From Malacoraja senta (Eukaryota): a stretch of 64,000 nt of DNA. The notes below the pieces were generated by a model, which was given only the letters and a program-made list of their open reading frames with translations, was not told where the DNA came from and did no database searches. The translations under genes and the position numbers were made by a program. Below are positions 1-10,694 of the stretch, in pieces. Location of the stretch: the NCBI GenBank assembly GCA_038087875.1, contig CM075990.1:806001-870000 (forward strand), written 5' to 3'. Numbering within the stretch: the first letter of the stretch is position 1; every line of letters begins with the position of its first letter.

Positions 1-201
1 TTCATCCCCGGAGGGAAATTGTTCTGCCGACAGTCACAACACACAAGGTACACAAAAACATGTTATTTAAAGTGCAAAAAAAAAAGAAAAGGACAAGCCA
101 CTGTTGTTTGGCTGCCGTGTGCACAGCGCCTTCACCGGAACATACCGGAACAAACAACAAACAAACGAACGCAGGCTTATCTCCTGGGCAGAGGATTCTA
201 A

Positions 202-530
202 AGGCCCTGTCCCACTGTACGAGTTCATTCAAGAGCTCTCCCGAGTTTAAAAGAAAAATCAAACTCGTGGTAAGCACGGAGAATGAACGTAGCGGGTACG
301 TTGGAGCTCGGGGACGTCTCTTGGCGGCTCATAACGCGAATGGCAGGTACTCGGGAAGACTCGCTAATGGCAGGTAAGCTCGGGAAGACTCGTGAAGATT
401 TTTCAACGTTGAAAAATGTCCACGAGAGCCCCGAGTACTTACGAGCGGCCATTACCGTAAATCTCCGCGTTCGAATCAGAGCAAACTCGGGGAGCACTCT
501 TGAATGAACTCGTACAGTGGGACAGGGCTT
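202..530. mobile_element. PIF/Harbinger-type MITE
   Basis: About 45-bp imperfect terminal inverted repeats (aggccctgtcccactgtacgagttcattcaagag ... ctcttgaatgaactcgtacagtgggacagggctt); TAA on both sides (199-201, 531-533); no ORF. Confidence 0.85.
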
Positions 531-1065
531 TAAAACTAGAGTGTCCCCCCACACTGGGTCCCCCTTTGTTCTCCCACCATCCCTCCTGGCGGTCCCCCCA
601 CGCCGTGTCCTCCATTGTTTTTCATGGTGGTACCCTCCCCCCCTCACGTTTCACCACCACAGAGGCTCCCGCTGCAGCTGAGGCCCCATCACTGCCAAGG
701 CTCCCATTACTGTCGATGCTCAAGCTACCGCCGAACTCCCGCTGCCGCCGCTGAGGCTCCCATCGCCGCCGCCGCTGAGGCTCCTTTAACCCAGGCAGGC
801 CTCGTCGTCCGGCTTCACCTCAGTCCCCAGGGAGACCTGTGGCGCGAGTCAGCGCCGCGGTTGTTCGGCAGGCTGTTACTCCCAACTCTGTTGGCTCCTC
901 AACCTTCCTGTAGTGTGGTGATCAGTGCTGAGTGCTGTCTAATCACCCAAATTCATGCTCAGTGTTTTGACAATAATATTTATCTTGTTGTGGGGGGTCA
1001 ATTTTAAATTTCACTTCTCAGACTTCACCAACAAATTATGAAATGACTGACCTTACAATAATAAA

Positions 1066-1305
1066 GATAGACACAAAATGCTGGAGTAACTCAGTGGGAC
1101 AGGCAACATCTCTGGAGAGAAGAAATAGGTGGCGTTTCGGGTTGAGACCCTTCTTCAGATTGAGAGTCAGGGGAGAAAAAAACACAGAGATATGGAAGGG
1201 TAAGGTGTGAAAATGAAACATTAAAGGGGACGAAGTTCAAGGAAAATGTAGAATAGATCATTGTTAACTAGGGGAAGGTGACAACAAAGCATACAAAGAT
1301 AAAAT
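1066..1305 (-). mobile_element. Penelope-like pseudo-LTR fragment
   Basis: Reverse complement of the pLTR motif ctgaagaagggtctc..cccgaaacg..cctattt..tctccagagatg..ctgagttactccagcattttgtgtct, which follows GIY-YIG ORFs elsewhere in the window. Confidence 0.75.
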
Positions 1306-1448
1306 AGTGCAATAGTGTTTTACTTGCTAAGGTTTAGATGTTACGTGGAAGGTTTTTGTTTTCACAATTGTACTTCATGCAGATGCAGGTAGAATGGGGC
1401 TGTTGTTCAGCCAGGGTGCTGATGAATTTTACATGGCATGGAAGCAGA

Positions 1449-2840
1449 TCCAAAATGCTGGTGTAACTCAGTGGGACAGGCATCATCTCTGGCGGGAAGG
1501 AATGGGTGACGTTTCAGGTCGAGACCCTTTTTCAGGCTGATGTCAGGGGAGTGGGCAAGCATCGATGCTACCTCCTGCACCCATGGAGAACTCACTCAGT
1601 TCATCAACTTCACGACTAATTTCTATCCTGCACTCAAATTCATTTGGAGCATCTCCGACATCCCCCTACCGTTTCTAGATCTCACCATTTCCATCACAGA
1701 AGACTGACTATTGACTGACACCTATTACAAACCCACTGACTCCCATTGCTATCTAGACTACACATCTTTCCACCCTGCTTCCTGTAAAGTCTCTATCCAC
1801 TACTTCCAATTCCTCCGTCTACGCCGCATCTGTGCCCAGGGTGAGGTTTTCCATTCAAGGTCATCAGAGATGTCCTCATTTTTTAGGAATGGGTGTACCC
1901 CTTTTCCATTTTAGATGAGGCACGAACTAGGGTCTCCTCAATATCCCGCAGCTCCGCTCTTGCTCCCTCTCCCCATTCATAACAAGGACAGAGTCCCCCT
2001 TGTCCTCATCTTCCACCCCATCAGCTGTCGCATACAGCATATAATCCTCCAACATTTTCGCCACCTCCAACTGGATCCCACTACTGGCCACATCTTCCCA
2101 TCTCCACCCTTTTCTGCTTTCTGCAGAGACCGTTCCCTCCGCAATTCACTGGTCAACTTGTCCCTTCCCACCCAAACCACCCCTCCCCAGGTTCTTTCAC
2201 CTGCAACCGCAGGAGATGCAACACCTATCCCTTTACTTCCCACTTGACTCCATCCAAGGACCCCAACAGTCTTTCCAGGTGAGGCAGAGGTTCACTTGCA
2301 CCCCATCCAACCTCATCTACTGTATCCGCTGTTCCAGGTATTCCTGTACTTCGGCGAGACCAAGCGCAGGCTCGGCGATCGTTTCGCGGAACACCACCAC
2401 TTAGTCCGCCTTAACCTACCTGATCTCCCGGTGTCTCAGCACTTTATACTGCCCCGCCCATTCCCAATCTGACCTTTCTGTCCTGGGCCTCCTCGATTGC
2501 CAGAATGAGGCCCAGTGCAAATTGGAGGAACAGCACCTTATATTTCGCTTGGGCAGCTTACACCCCAGCAGTAAGAACATTTACTTCTCTAACTTCAAAT
2601 AGCCCTTGCTTTCCTTCTCTCTCCATCCCCTCCCCCTTCCCAGTTCTCCCACTAGTCTTACTGTCTCTGACTACATTCTCTCTCCGTCTCACCCACTCCA
2701 CTGACATCAGTCTGAAGAAGGGTCTCGACCGGAAACATTACCCATTCCTTTTCTCCAGAGATGCTAACTGTCTTGCTGAGTTACTCCAGCATTTTGTGTC
2801 TACCTACAATTTAAACCAGCATCTGCAGTTCTTTCCAACT
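1449..2840 (+). mobile_element. Penelope-like element, 5'-truncated: inverted pLTR piece, RT C-terminus plus GIY-YIG remnant, 3' pLTR
   Basis: ORF fragments YYKPTDSHCYLDYTSFHP, QFLRLRRIC and NLIYCIRCSR; pLTR at about 2700-2840; inverted pLTR at 1449-1555; 12-bp TSD catggaagcaga (1437-1448, 2841-2852). Confidence 0.88.
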
Positions 2841-2956
2841 CATGGAAGCAGACCCTTCAGCCCATTGTTACCCATCATCAAACAAGCTTTTACTCCAATT
2901 AGAGTAAATGTAAGGAACAATTTATCGTCCATCTATCTTTGGGATGTGACGTGTTT

Positions 2957-3232
2957 GAGCGGCACGATGGCGCAGTGGTAGAGTTGCTGTCTTACAGTGC
3001 TTACAGAGCCAGAGACCTAGGTTCGATCCCGACGGGTGCTGTCTGTACAGAGTTTGTACGTTCTTGCCATGGGTTTTCTCTGAGATCTTTGGTTTCCTCC
3101 TACACTCCAAAGACGTACAGGTGTGTAGGTTAATTGGCTTGGTATAAATGTAAATTATAATGTGCAGGATTGCTGGTCGGTGTGGACTCAATAGGCGAAG
3201 GGCCTGTTTCCGCGCTGTATCTCTGAACTAAA
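2957..3232 (+). mobile_element. tRNA-derived SINE (HE1-like)
   Basis: A box tggcgcagtgg, B box ggttcgatccc, central ggtttcctcc..cactccaaagac domain, CR1-type tail gaagggcctgtttcc..ctct(g)aacta. Confidence 0.85.
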
Positions 3233-3445
3233 AAGAAACCCAAGCTGTGCAAATAACTAAATGTCTCATCTTGACCACTTCCTGTCTGTGCTGTACATTG
3301 ATTTAAGAAAAAACGCTAGCATATATCGCTATGATTTTTGGCCATCTTACTCACAGTCCTCCTCCGCTCAGGCAGCCCTGAGGATTTATCCGATCGATGA
3401 AAAATAAAAAAGTTATGAATTTTTAAGAAATCTTGAGATCAGCTG

Positions 3446-3545
3446 ATTGGTCCTCTTGCCTGTCAATCACCATGATGAAGGTAACGCCCCTTCTGGGGGG
3501 GGCAAGACTATAAAACCCCGGATGCCTGGACGTGAGTCAGTCACT
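3446..3545 (+). promoter_or_regulatory. Pol II core-promoter-like module inside the Helitron (CCAAT, G-run, TATA, Inr)
   Basis: ATTGG at 3446-3450, TATAAAA at 3509-3515, TCAGTC with its A at 3539 (30 nt after the first T of TATA); TATAAAA also present at 11084 in the second copy. Function untested. Confidence 0.4.
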
Positions 3546-3585
3546 CTGGGAGATCGCGAGGGAGAGGCCACAAATCTGATTCTGT

Positions 3586-4010
3586 TGTGAGTCTACTGAA
3601 CTGTGAGTCTACTGAACTGTGAGTCTGCTAAACTGTGAGTCTACCCTTTATGTGCTTTATGTGGTTATGTAGTTATGTGCTTTATGTGGTTAACCCTTCA
3701 TGTGCTTGCAATAAATGATTTGTTAGCCAGCAACGTGCTTGCATTGAATGATGATTTGTTAACCCTTAATGTGCTTGCAATAAATGATTTGTTAGCCAGT
3801 AATGTGCTTGGAATGAATGATGATTAGTTAACCCTTAATGTACTTGCAAAAAATGATTTGTTAGCCAGTAATGTGCTTGCAATAAATTATCATTTGTTAA
3901 CCCTTAATGTGCTTGCAATAAATGATTTATTAGCTAGCAATGTGCTTGCAATGAATGTTGATTTGTTAATCTTTAATGTGCTTGCAATAAATGATTTCTT
4001 AGTCCTTAAT
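3586..4010. repeat. Minisatellites: 16-bp gtgagtctactgaact, then about 34/69-bp aacccttaatgtgcttgcaataaatgatttgtt units
   Basis: Direct tandem repeats visible; the same arrays recur at 11160-11390. Confidence 0.9.
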
Positions 4011-4616
4011 TAAATGAAATTAGTTGTTTGGCCTGCCCTGTGCTTGAAATTGAAATGGAAATGGAAATTAAATGAGTTGTTTGGCCTGCCCTGTGCTTTT
4101 GCTTTAGCTTTGCCTTTGCTTTGCTTGATCTCACCTGAACTGAAAGCAAATGGATTGTATTGTTGGCTGGCCCCGCCTGCCCTGTGCTTTTGCTTTTGCT
4201 TTTGCTTATGCTTTGCCTTTGCTTGAGCTCACCTGAAATGAAAGCAAATGGATTGGATTGTTGGCTGGCCCCGCCAGCCCTGTGCTTTTGCTTTTGCTTT
4301 GCCTTTGCTTTGCTTGAGCTCACCTGAAATGAAAGCAAATGGATTGTATTGGTGGCTGGCCCCGCCTGCCCTGTGCTTGACTTGACTTGAAATGGATTGA
4401 CTTGACATGAAATGGATTGAAATGGATTGTTGGTCCTGCACTCACTGTGCATGACTTGACTTGACCCACAACACCCATGCTAGCACTCCAGAACCCCCCC
4501 CCCCCCCCAACCCCACTGGCCACCAATATTGGAATTGGTGGAGAGTTGGAATATTGCGTTGGGGGACCAGCCCTCCAGTGTGAACCTGGGACCCAATGAG
4601 CCCCACTTAGTCTAGT

Positions 4617-4920
4617 CATGCAGTTATAGGGAGAATGTCTCCGACTACATTCTCTCACACATACAGCACCCAAGGTCAGGTTTGAACCTGGGTCACTTGA
4701 GCTGTGAGGCAATATCTCTACCAGATGCACCACTGTGTTGCCCTGAGTTTCAAACCAGAAGGTATGGCCATTCTAAAAGGACTTAGAACCACATCCCACA
4801 GACATCTGACTGACCTCTCAGATTTAATTTAGTTCAGTGTAGAGATACAGAGCACAAACAGGACCTTTGGCCCTCCGGGTCCGTGCTGACCAGCGATCCC
4901 CGCATATTAACACACACTAG
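4617..4920 (-). mobile_element. Two SINE fragments (5' half at 4617-4743; 3' tail at 4825-4920)
   Basis: Reverse-complement similarity to the SINE at 40270. Confidence 0.65.
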
Positions 4921-5120
4921 NNNNNNNNNNNNNNNNNNNNNNNNNNNNNNNNNNNNNNNNNNNNNNNNNNNNNNNNNNNNNNNNNNNNNNNNNNNNNNNN
5001 NNNNNNNNNNNNNNNNNNNNNNNNNNNNNNNNNNNNNNNNNNNNNNNNNNNNNNNNNNNNNNNNNNNNNNNNNNNNNNNNNNNNNNNNNNNNNNNNNNNN
5101 NNNNNNNNNNNNNNNNNNNN
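4921..5120. other. Assembly gap (200 N)
   Basis: Run of N. Confidence 1.
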
Positions 5121-6424
5121 AGAGCTGAGAAGGGGAGGAGAAAGTAGGGACTACCTGAAATTAGAGAAGTCAATGTTCATACCGCTTGGGTGCAAACTGC
5201 CCAAGTGAAATATGAGGTGCTGCTCCTCCAATTTACGGTGGTCCTCACTCTGGCCATGGAGGAAGCCCGGAATGGGAGGGGGAGTTGAAGTGCTGAGCCA
5301 CCGGTAGATCAGGTTGGTTATTGCGAACCGAGTGGAAGTGTTTGGCGAAGCGATCGCCAAGCCTACACTTGGTTTCACCGATGTAGAGCAGCTGACATCT
5401 AGAGCAGCGGATGCAATAAATGATGTTGGAGGAGGTGCAGGTGAACCTCTGCCACACCTGAAAGACTGCTTGGGACCTTGAATGGGGTCAAGGGGGGAGG
5501 TAAAGCGACAAGTGTAGGCATTTCTTGCGGCTGCAAGGGAAAGTGCCTGGAGAGGGGGTGGTTCAGGTAGGAAGGGACGAATTGACCAGGGAGTTCCGGA
5601 GGGATCGATCTCTACAGAAAGCAGACAGGGGAGGAGATGGGAAGATGTGGCAAGTGGTGGGGATCACATTGGAGGTGGCGAAAATGTCGTAGGATTATTT
5701 GTTGTATGTGACGGCTGATAGGGTGGAAGGTGAGGGCAAGGGGGACTCGGCCCTTGTTACGAGTGGGGGAATGGGGAGTGAGCGCAGAGTCACGGGGTAT
5801 AGAAGAGACTCTGGTGAGAGCCTCATCAATAGTTGAAGAGGGGAACCCCCGTTCCCTGAAGAATGAGGACATTTCCGATGCCCTGGTGTGGAACACCTCA
5901 TCCTGGGAGCAGATGCGACGTAGACAGAGGAATTGGGAGTAGGGGATGGAGCCCTTACAGGAAGCAGGGTGGGAAGAAGTGTACTGCAGATAGCCATGGG
6001 AGTGAGTGGGTTTATAGTGGATGTCGGTCAGTAGTCTATCACCTGCGATGGAGATAGTGTGGTCAAGAAATGGTAGGGAAATGTCAGAAATGGTCCAGGT
6101 GTATTTGAGTGCCGGATGGAATTTAGTGGTGAAATGGATGAAGTCAGTGAGTTGTGTGTGGGTGCAGGAGGTAGCACCAATTCAGTCGTCGATGTAGCGG
6201 AGGTAGAGTTCGGGAATAGGGACACGGTACGCCTCGAACAAGGATTGTTCGACGTACCCAACAAAGAGGCAGGCATAGCTAGGGCCCATGCACGTGCCCA
6301 TAGCTACGCCTAGTATTTGGAGGAAATGGGAGGAGTCAAATGAAAAGTTATTAAGGATAAGGACCAGCTCCGCTAGGAGGAAGAGAGTATCAGTAGACGG
6401 GGATTGGTTGGTTCTCCGGTCGGT
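5121..6424 (-). mobile_element. Penelope-like element body (RT plus GIY-YIG, frameshifted)
   Basis: Minus-strand ORFs GVAMGTCMGPSYACLFVGYVE, YLRYIDD and IIYCIRCSRCQLLYIGETKCRLGDRFAKH. Confidence 0.9.
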
Positions 6425-6454
6425 TCTTACTTGCAATTCCCCAATCAGTGCTTT

Positions 6455-7170
6455 CTTTCACTGATTGGGGAATTACAAGTAAGAGTCAAGAGGTCATGAT
6501 GTAGCTTTGGAGGACTTTGGTTAAGCCACATTTGCAGTATTATGTGCAGTTTTGATCACCCCATTATAGAAAGGCGGTGGAGGCTTTTGGAAGGGTGCAG
6601 AGCAGGGTTTCCAGAATGATGCCTGCAATAGGACATATTCACCACAGGGAGAGGTTGGACAGACTTAAATTGTTTTCTCTGGAATGTCAGAGGTTGTGGG
6701 GAGACCTGATAGAAGTATATAAAACTATGAGAGGCTTAGATAGAGTAGACAGTCAGACATTTTCCCAGGATGGATTTCCATAGATGTTGTCTATATGGAC
6801 TTCTGCAAGCCATTTGATAAGGTTCCGCATGTTAGGCTGCTCCGGAAGTTTATATTGCATGGGTTCCAGGGAGAGCTAGTCGATGGAATAGAGAATTGGC
6901 TCATGTAAGGATCCAGAGGGTAATGATGGAAGGTTGTTTTTGGACTGGAGGCCTGTGACTAGTGTTGTCCATCAGGAATCGATGCTGGGCCCATTGCTGT
7001 TTGCGGTTTATTTCAAAGATGTAGTTTAGAATGTAGAAAGCATGATTAGTAACTTTACAGATACACTAAACTGGTAAAGAAGGCATATGATATGCTTGCC
7101 TTCATAGGTCAGGGCATTGAGTATAAGAGTCAGGATGTCATGAGGCAGCTTTACATGACTTTAATTAGGG
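6455..7170 (+). mobile_element. Old CR1 LINE ORF2 fragments, rearranged
   Basis: ERLDRLKLFSLE..RLWGDLIEVYK motif; degraded DF.K.FDKVPH and GS.LGP coding sequence. Confidence 0.75.
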
Positions 7171-7509
7171 CATTTTAATTAGGGCCTTGCGGTGCTCCTA
7201 TGCTGAGGGTCTGCGGGTCCAAGATGCAAAGTACATCAAGTACATCAAATGCAAAGTACATCAAGTTTATACTGTATTAAAAACAAAGGCAATAATAAAC
7301 GATTAAGTAGTTTCACTGGACACTAAGACACAATAAAAAAAATGATCTCACTTAAAATGAATTAATTACATTTAATTAATTTAAATTAATTTAATTTAAT
7401 TAATTTAAAATTAATTGAGTTTCAATAGCTATAATTATCTGTTTGGCTTTAACATTCATAAACCCCTGACCCACGGTGCGAGTCCACCCACAAGTTATCC
7501 CGAGTTAAA

Positions 7510-9963
7510 AACATAGAAACATAGAAACATAGAAAATAGGTGCAGGAGTAGGCCATTCGGCCCTTCGAGCCTGCACCGCCATTCAATATGATCATGGCTG
7601 ATCATCCAACTCAGTATCCCGTGCCTGCCTTCTCTCCATACCCCCTGATCCCTTTAGCCACAAGGGCCACATCTAACTCCCTCTTAAATATAGCCAATGA
7701 ACTGGCCTCAACTACCTTCCGTGGCAGAGAATTCCAGAGATTCACCACTCTCTGTGTGAAAAATGTTTTTCTCATCTCAGTCCTAAAAGACTTCCAACTT
7801 ATCCTTAAACTGTGACACCTTGTTCTGGACTTCCCCAACATCGGGAACAATCTTCCTGCATCTAGCCTGTACAATCCCTCAAGAATTTTATAAGTTTCTA
7901 TAAGATCCCCCCTCAATCTTCGAAATTCTAGCGAGTACAAGCCGAGTCTATCCAGTCTATCTTCATATGAAAGTCCTGACATCCCAGGAATCAGTCTGGT
8001 GAACCTTCTCTGTACTCCCTCTATGGCAAGAATGTCTTTCCTCAGATTAGGAGACCAAAACTGTACGCAATACTCCAGGTGTGGTCTCACCAAGACCCTG
8101 TACAACTGCAGTAGAACCTCCCTGCTCCTATACTCAAATCCTTTTGCTATGAATGCTAACATACCATTCGCTTTCTTCACTGCCTGCTGTACCTGCATGC
8201 CTACTTTCACTGACTGATGTACCATGACACCCAGGTCTCGTTGCATCTCCCCTTTTCCTAATCGGCCACCATTCAGATAATAGTGTACTTTCCTGCTTTT
8301 TGCCACCAAAGTGGATAACCTCACATTTATCCACATTATACTGCATCTGCCATGCATTTGCCCACTCACTCAACCTATCCAAGTCACCTTGCAGCCTCCT
8401 AGCATCCTCCTCACAGCTAACACTGCCCCCCAACTTCGTGTCATCCACAAACTTGGAGATGTTGCATTCAATTCCCTCGTCCAAATCATTAATATATATT
8501 GTAAATAGCTGGGGTCCCAGCACTGAGCCTTGCGGTACCCCACTAGTCACTGCATGCCATTCTGAAAAGGACCCGTTTACTCCTACTCTTTGCTTCCTGT
8601 TTGCCAGCCAGTACTCTATCCACATCAATACTGAACCCCCAATACCGTGTGCTTTAAGTTTGCATACTAATCTCTTATGTGGGACCTTGTCGAAAGCCTT
8701 CTGAAAGTCCAGATATAACACATCCACTGGTTCTCCCTTATCCACTCTACTAGTTACATCCTCGAAAAATTCTATAAGATTCGTCAGACATGATTTACCT
8801 TTCATAAATCCATGCTGACTTTGTCCAATGATTTCACCATTCCAAATGTGCTGCTATCCCATCTTTAATAACTGACTCTAGCAGTTTCCCCATTACCGAT
8901 GTTAGACTAACTGGTCTGTAAATCCCCGTTTTCTCTCTCCCTCCCTTTTTAAAAAGTGGGGTTACATTAGCTAACCTCCAATCCTCAGGAACTACTCCAG
9001 AATCCAAAGAGTTTTGAAAAATTATCACTAATGCATCCACTATTTCTGGGGCTACTTCCTTAAATACTCTGGGATGCAGCCTATCTGGCCCTGGGGATTT
9101 ATCGGCCTTTAATTTATTCAATTTACCTAACACCACTTCCCGGGTATCCTGGATTCCACTCAGTTCCTCCATCTCATTTGACCCCCGGTCCCCTGCTATT
9201 TATTTGTTTTTATTTTTATTTTTATTTTTTTATTAGAAGTATTGTACAGTGCAGTGATCTCAAACAAACATAAAATTATACATTTCTTGTACCACTTCTT
9301 ATTTTAAACTTTAATAAAAGGATAGAAAGAGTTAGCAGAGATAGTAAGTGAGTGAGTGAAAGAGTGGTCCAGGAAACCCCATAGGGACCTAAACCACAAG
9401 AAAGAGTTAAACAAAAACAAAAAAAAGAAGGAAAAAGAAAAAAAAGTAAGATAAGATACGACAAGATAAAAGAGATGTACCTACTTCATATCTTTACTCA
9501 CCCCTCACCAGGTCCTGAAACCATTTATTATCAACATTTTGTTGCACCCTATATTTGTAATAAGTCGATAGATGGAGACCAAATCTTTTGGAAATGGTCT
9601 GGTTTACCTGCTAAGAGGAATCTCATATCTTCTAGGTGTAACAGTTCTGACATAATAGAAATCCACATTTTTATCGTTGGCGTGGGAGCGTTTTTCCAGA
9701 ATTTCAGTATGTTTTTTTGCCATTATTAAACCATAATTAAGGAAGCTCTTTTGAAACGAAGTCAGCTCCAAACTGGCTTCGATTGTTCCAAAAATGATCA
9801 GTTCTCCATTTCCGGCAGATTATTTATGTTGTCATTAATGAAGACAGAACCAAAGTAGTTATTCAATTGGTCTGCCATGTCCTTGTTCCCCATGATCAAT
9901 TCACCTGTTTCAGACTGCAAGGGACCTACATTTGTTTTAACTAATCTTTTTCTCTTCACATAT
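7510..9963 (-). mobile_element. Young CR1 (HER1-like) LINE, 5'-truncated, interrupted by an L1-like insert
   Basis: RT ORFs 8834-9172, 8134-8805 ([31 protein letters not shown]) and 7611-8369; 3' stem-loop and (tttctatg)n tail at 7510-7590; sequence resumes colinearly at 9812. Confidence 0.95.
9202..9807 (-). mobile_element. L1/Tx1-clade LINE 3' fragment nested in CR1
   Basis: T-rich tract (poly-A tail on the minus strand) at 9202; minus translation KFWKNAPTPTIKMW..FQKIWSP resembles an L1 ORF2 C-terminus; attt duplicated at both junctions; close copy at 37713-38345. Confidence 0.75.
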
Positions 9964-9977
9964 CAAAACAAAACAAA

Positions 9978-10250
9978 TCAAACTCATGGTAATCACGTAG
10001 AATGAACATAGCAGGGACGTCGGAGCTCATGGACGTAAATTAGCAACTCATAACACTAACGGCAGGTACTCGGGAAACGTGTTAACTCGTGAAAAACTTT
10101 AAACATGTTGAAAGATTTCCACGAGTCAAATATACTCTTGAAGGAGAATTTTGAGACTTTTAAACTTGTTGTAATACCGTAGTAGCCCGTGAGTTTACCG
10201 TAGTGACTCGTGAGTCTACCGTATTAACTCGTGGGTACTCTTAACTCGGC
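9978..10250. mobile_element. Internal fragment of the Harbinger-type MITE
   Basis: aaactcatggtaatcacgtagaatgaac..ggcaggtactcggga matches the interior of 202-530; no TIRs. Confidence 0.6.
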
Positions 10251-10254
10251 AGCT

Positions 10255-10560
10255 GCACAGAGAAAAAAAAGGTCCACTTTATTATTGAGAGAAAAATACG
10301 TTTGCCAGGAATATGCTCGGTTGCGGTGTGCGTGATTCTCGTCGCCGGAGTCGGGTGAGTGCTCCAGAGCCCCGCCGACGAGTATGTCCAAATAATCCAG
10401 CGAATGAGAGAAATCCGGAACTATGTTTGAAGGTACTGTATGTCCGATGTTAATGAGTACTTCTCTCGTGAAAGTGATCTTTGTAGGGTTTTCACCGACG
10501 ACACAAACGAACAAACACATACAAAACAGCAAGGAGCAGTACACAGTGGCAGCCATCGTC
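10255..10560 (-). mobile_element. Rex1/Babar-type LINE 5' end fragment
   Basis: gatggctgcc start; N-terminus MAATVYCSLLFCMCLFVCV..ITFTREVLINIG resembles Rex1-family leaders. Confidence 0.5.
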
Positions 10561-10694
10561 AGCCGGAAGAAGCGTCTGAACTGGGATGTCTGGAACCGGA
10601 GCTGGAACCCACGAGGTAACAGATGGAGGTGCAGGCAAGTCCCAAGAAAACAAGTGTGACTGTGGTAACGGGTCTGGGTTAAGACATGGTTGAC

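Larger units (their letters stand above)
3251..4615 (+). mobile_element. Non-autonomous Helitron with internal minisatellites
   Basis: 3' end is a degenerate GC hairpin (gggacccaatgagcccc) then acttagtCTAG followed by T; 5' region actaaatgtctcatcttgacc is homologous to the TC-starting end at 24352; near-identical copy ends at 12123. Confidence 0.75.

Noticed and set aside
500..1007. Ala/Pro-rich ORFs over a GC-rich patch
   Set aside because: Explained by short gaggctccc..gccgccgct tandem repeats; no homology recognised
3690..4010. Regular repeats of about 34 bp resembling a CRISPR array
   Set aside because: Units are head-to-tail with no unique spacers, no cas genes are present, and the context is a vertebrate Helitron
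4883..5173. ORFs spanning X residues
   Set aside because: Artefact of the N gap
8300..8704. Recurrent [18 protein letters not shown].. (also at 21396, 34972, 62206)
   Set aside because: Antisense shadow of CR1 RT; it recurs only because the LINE is repeated
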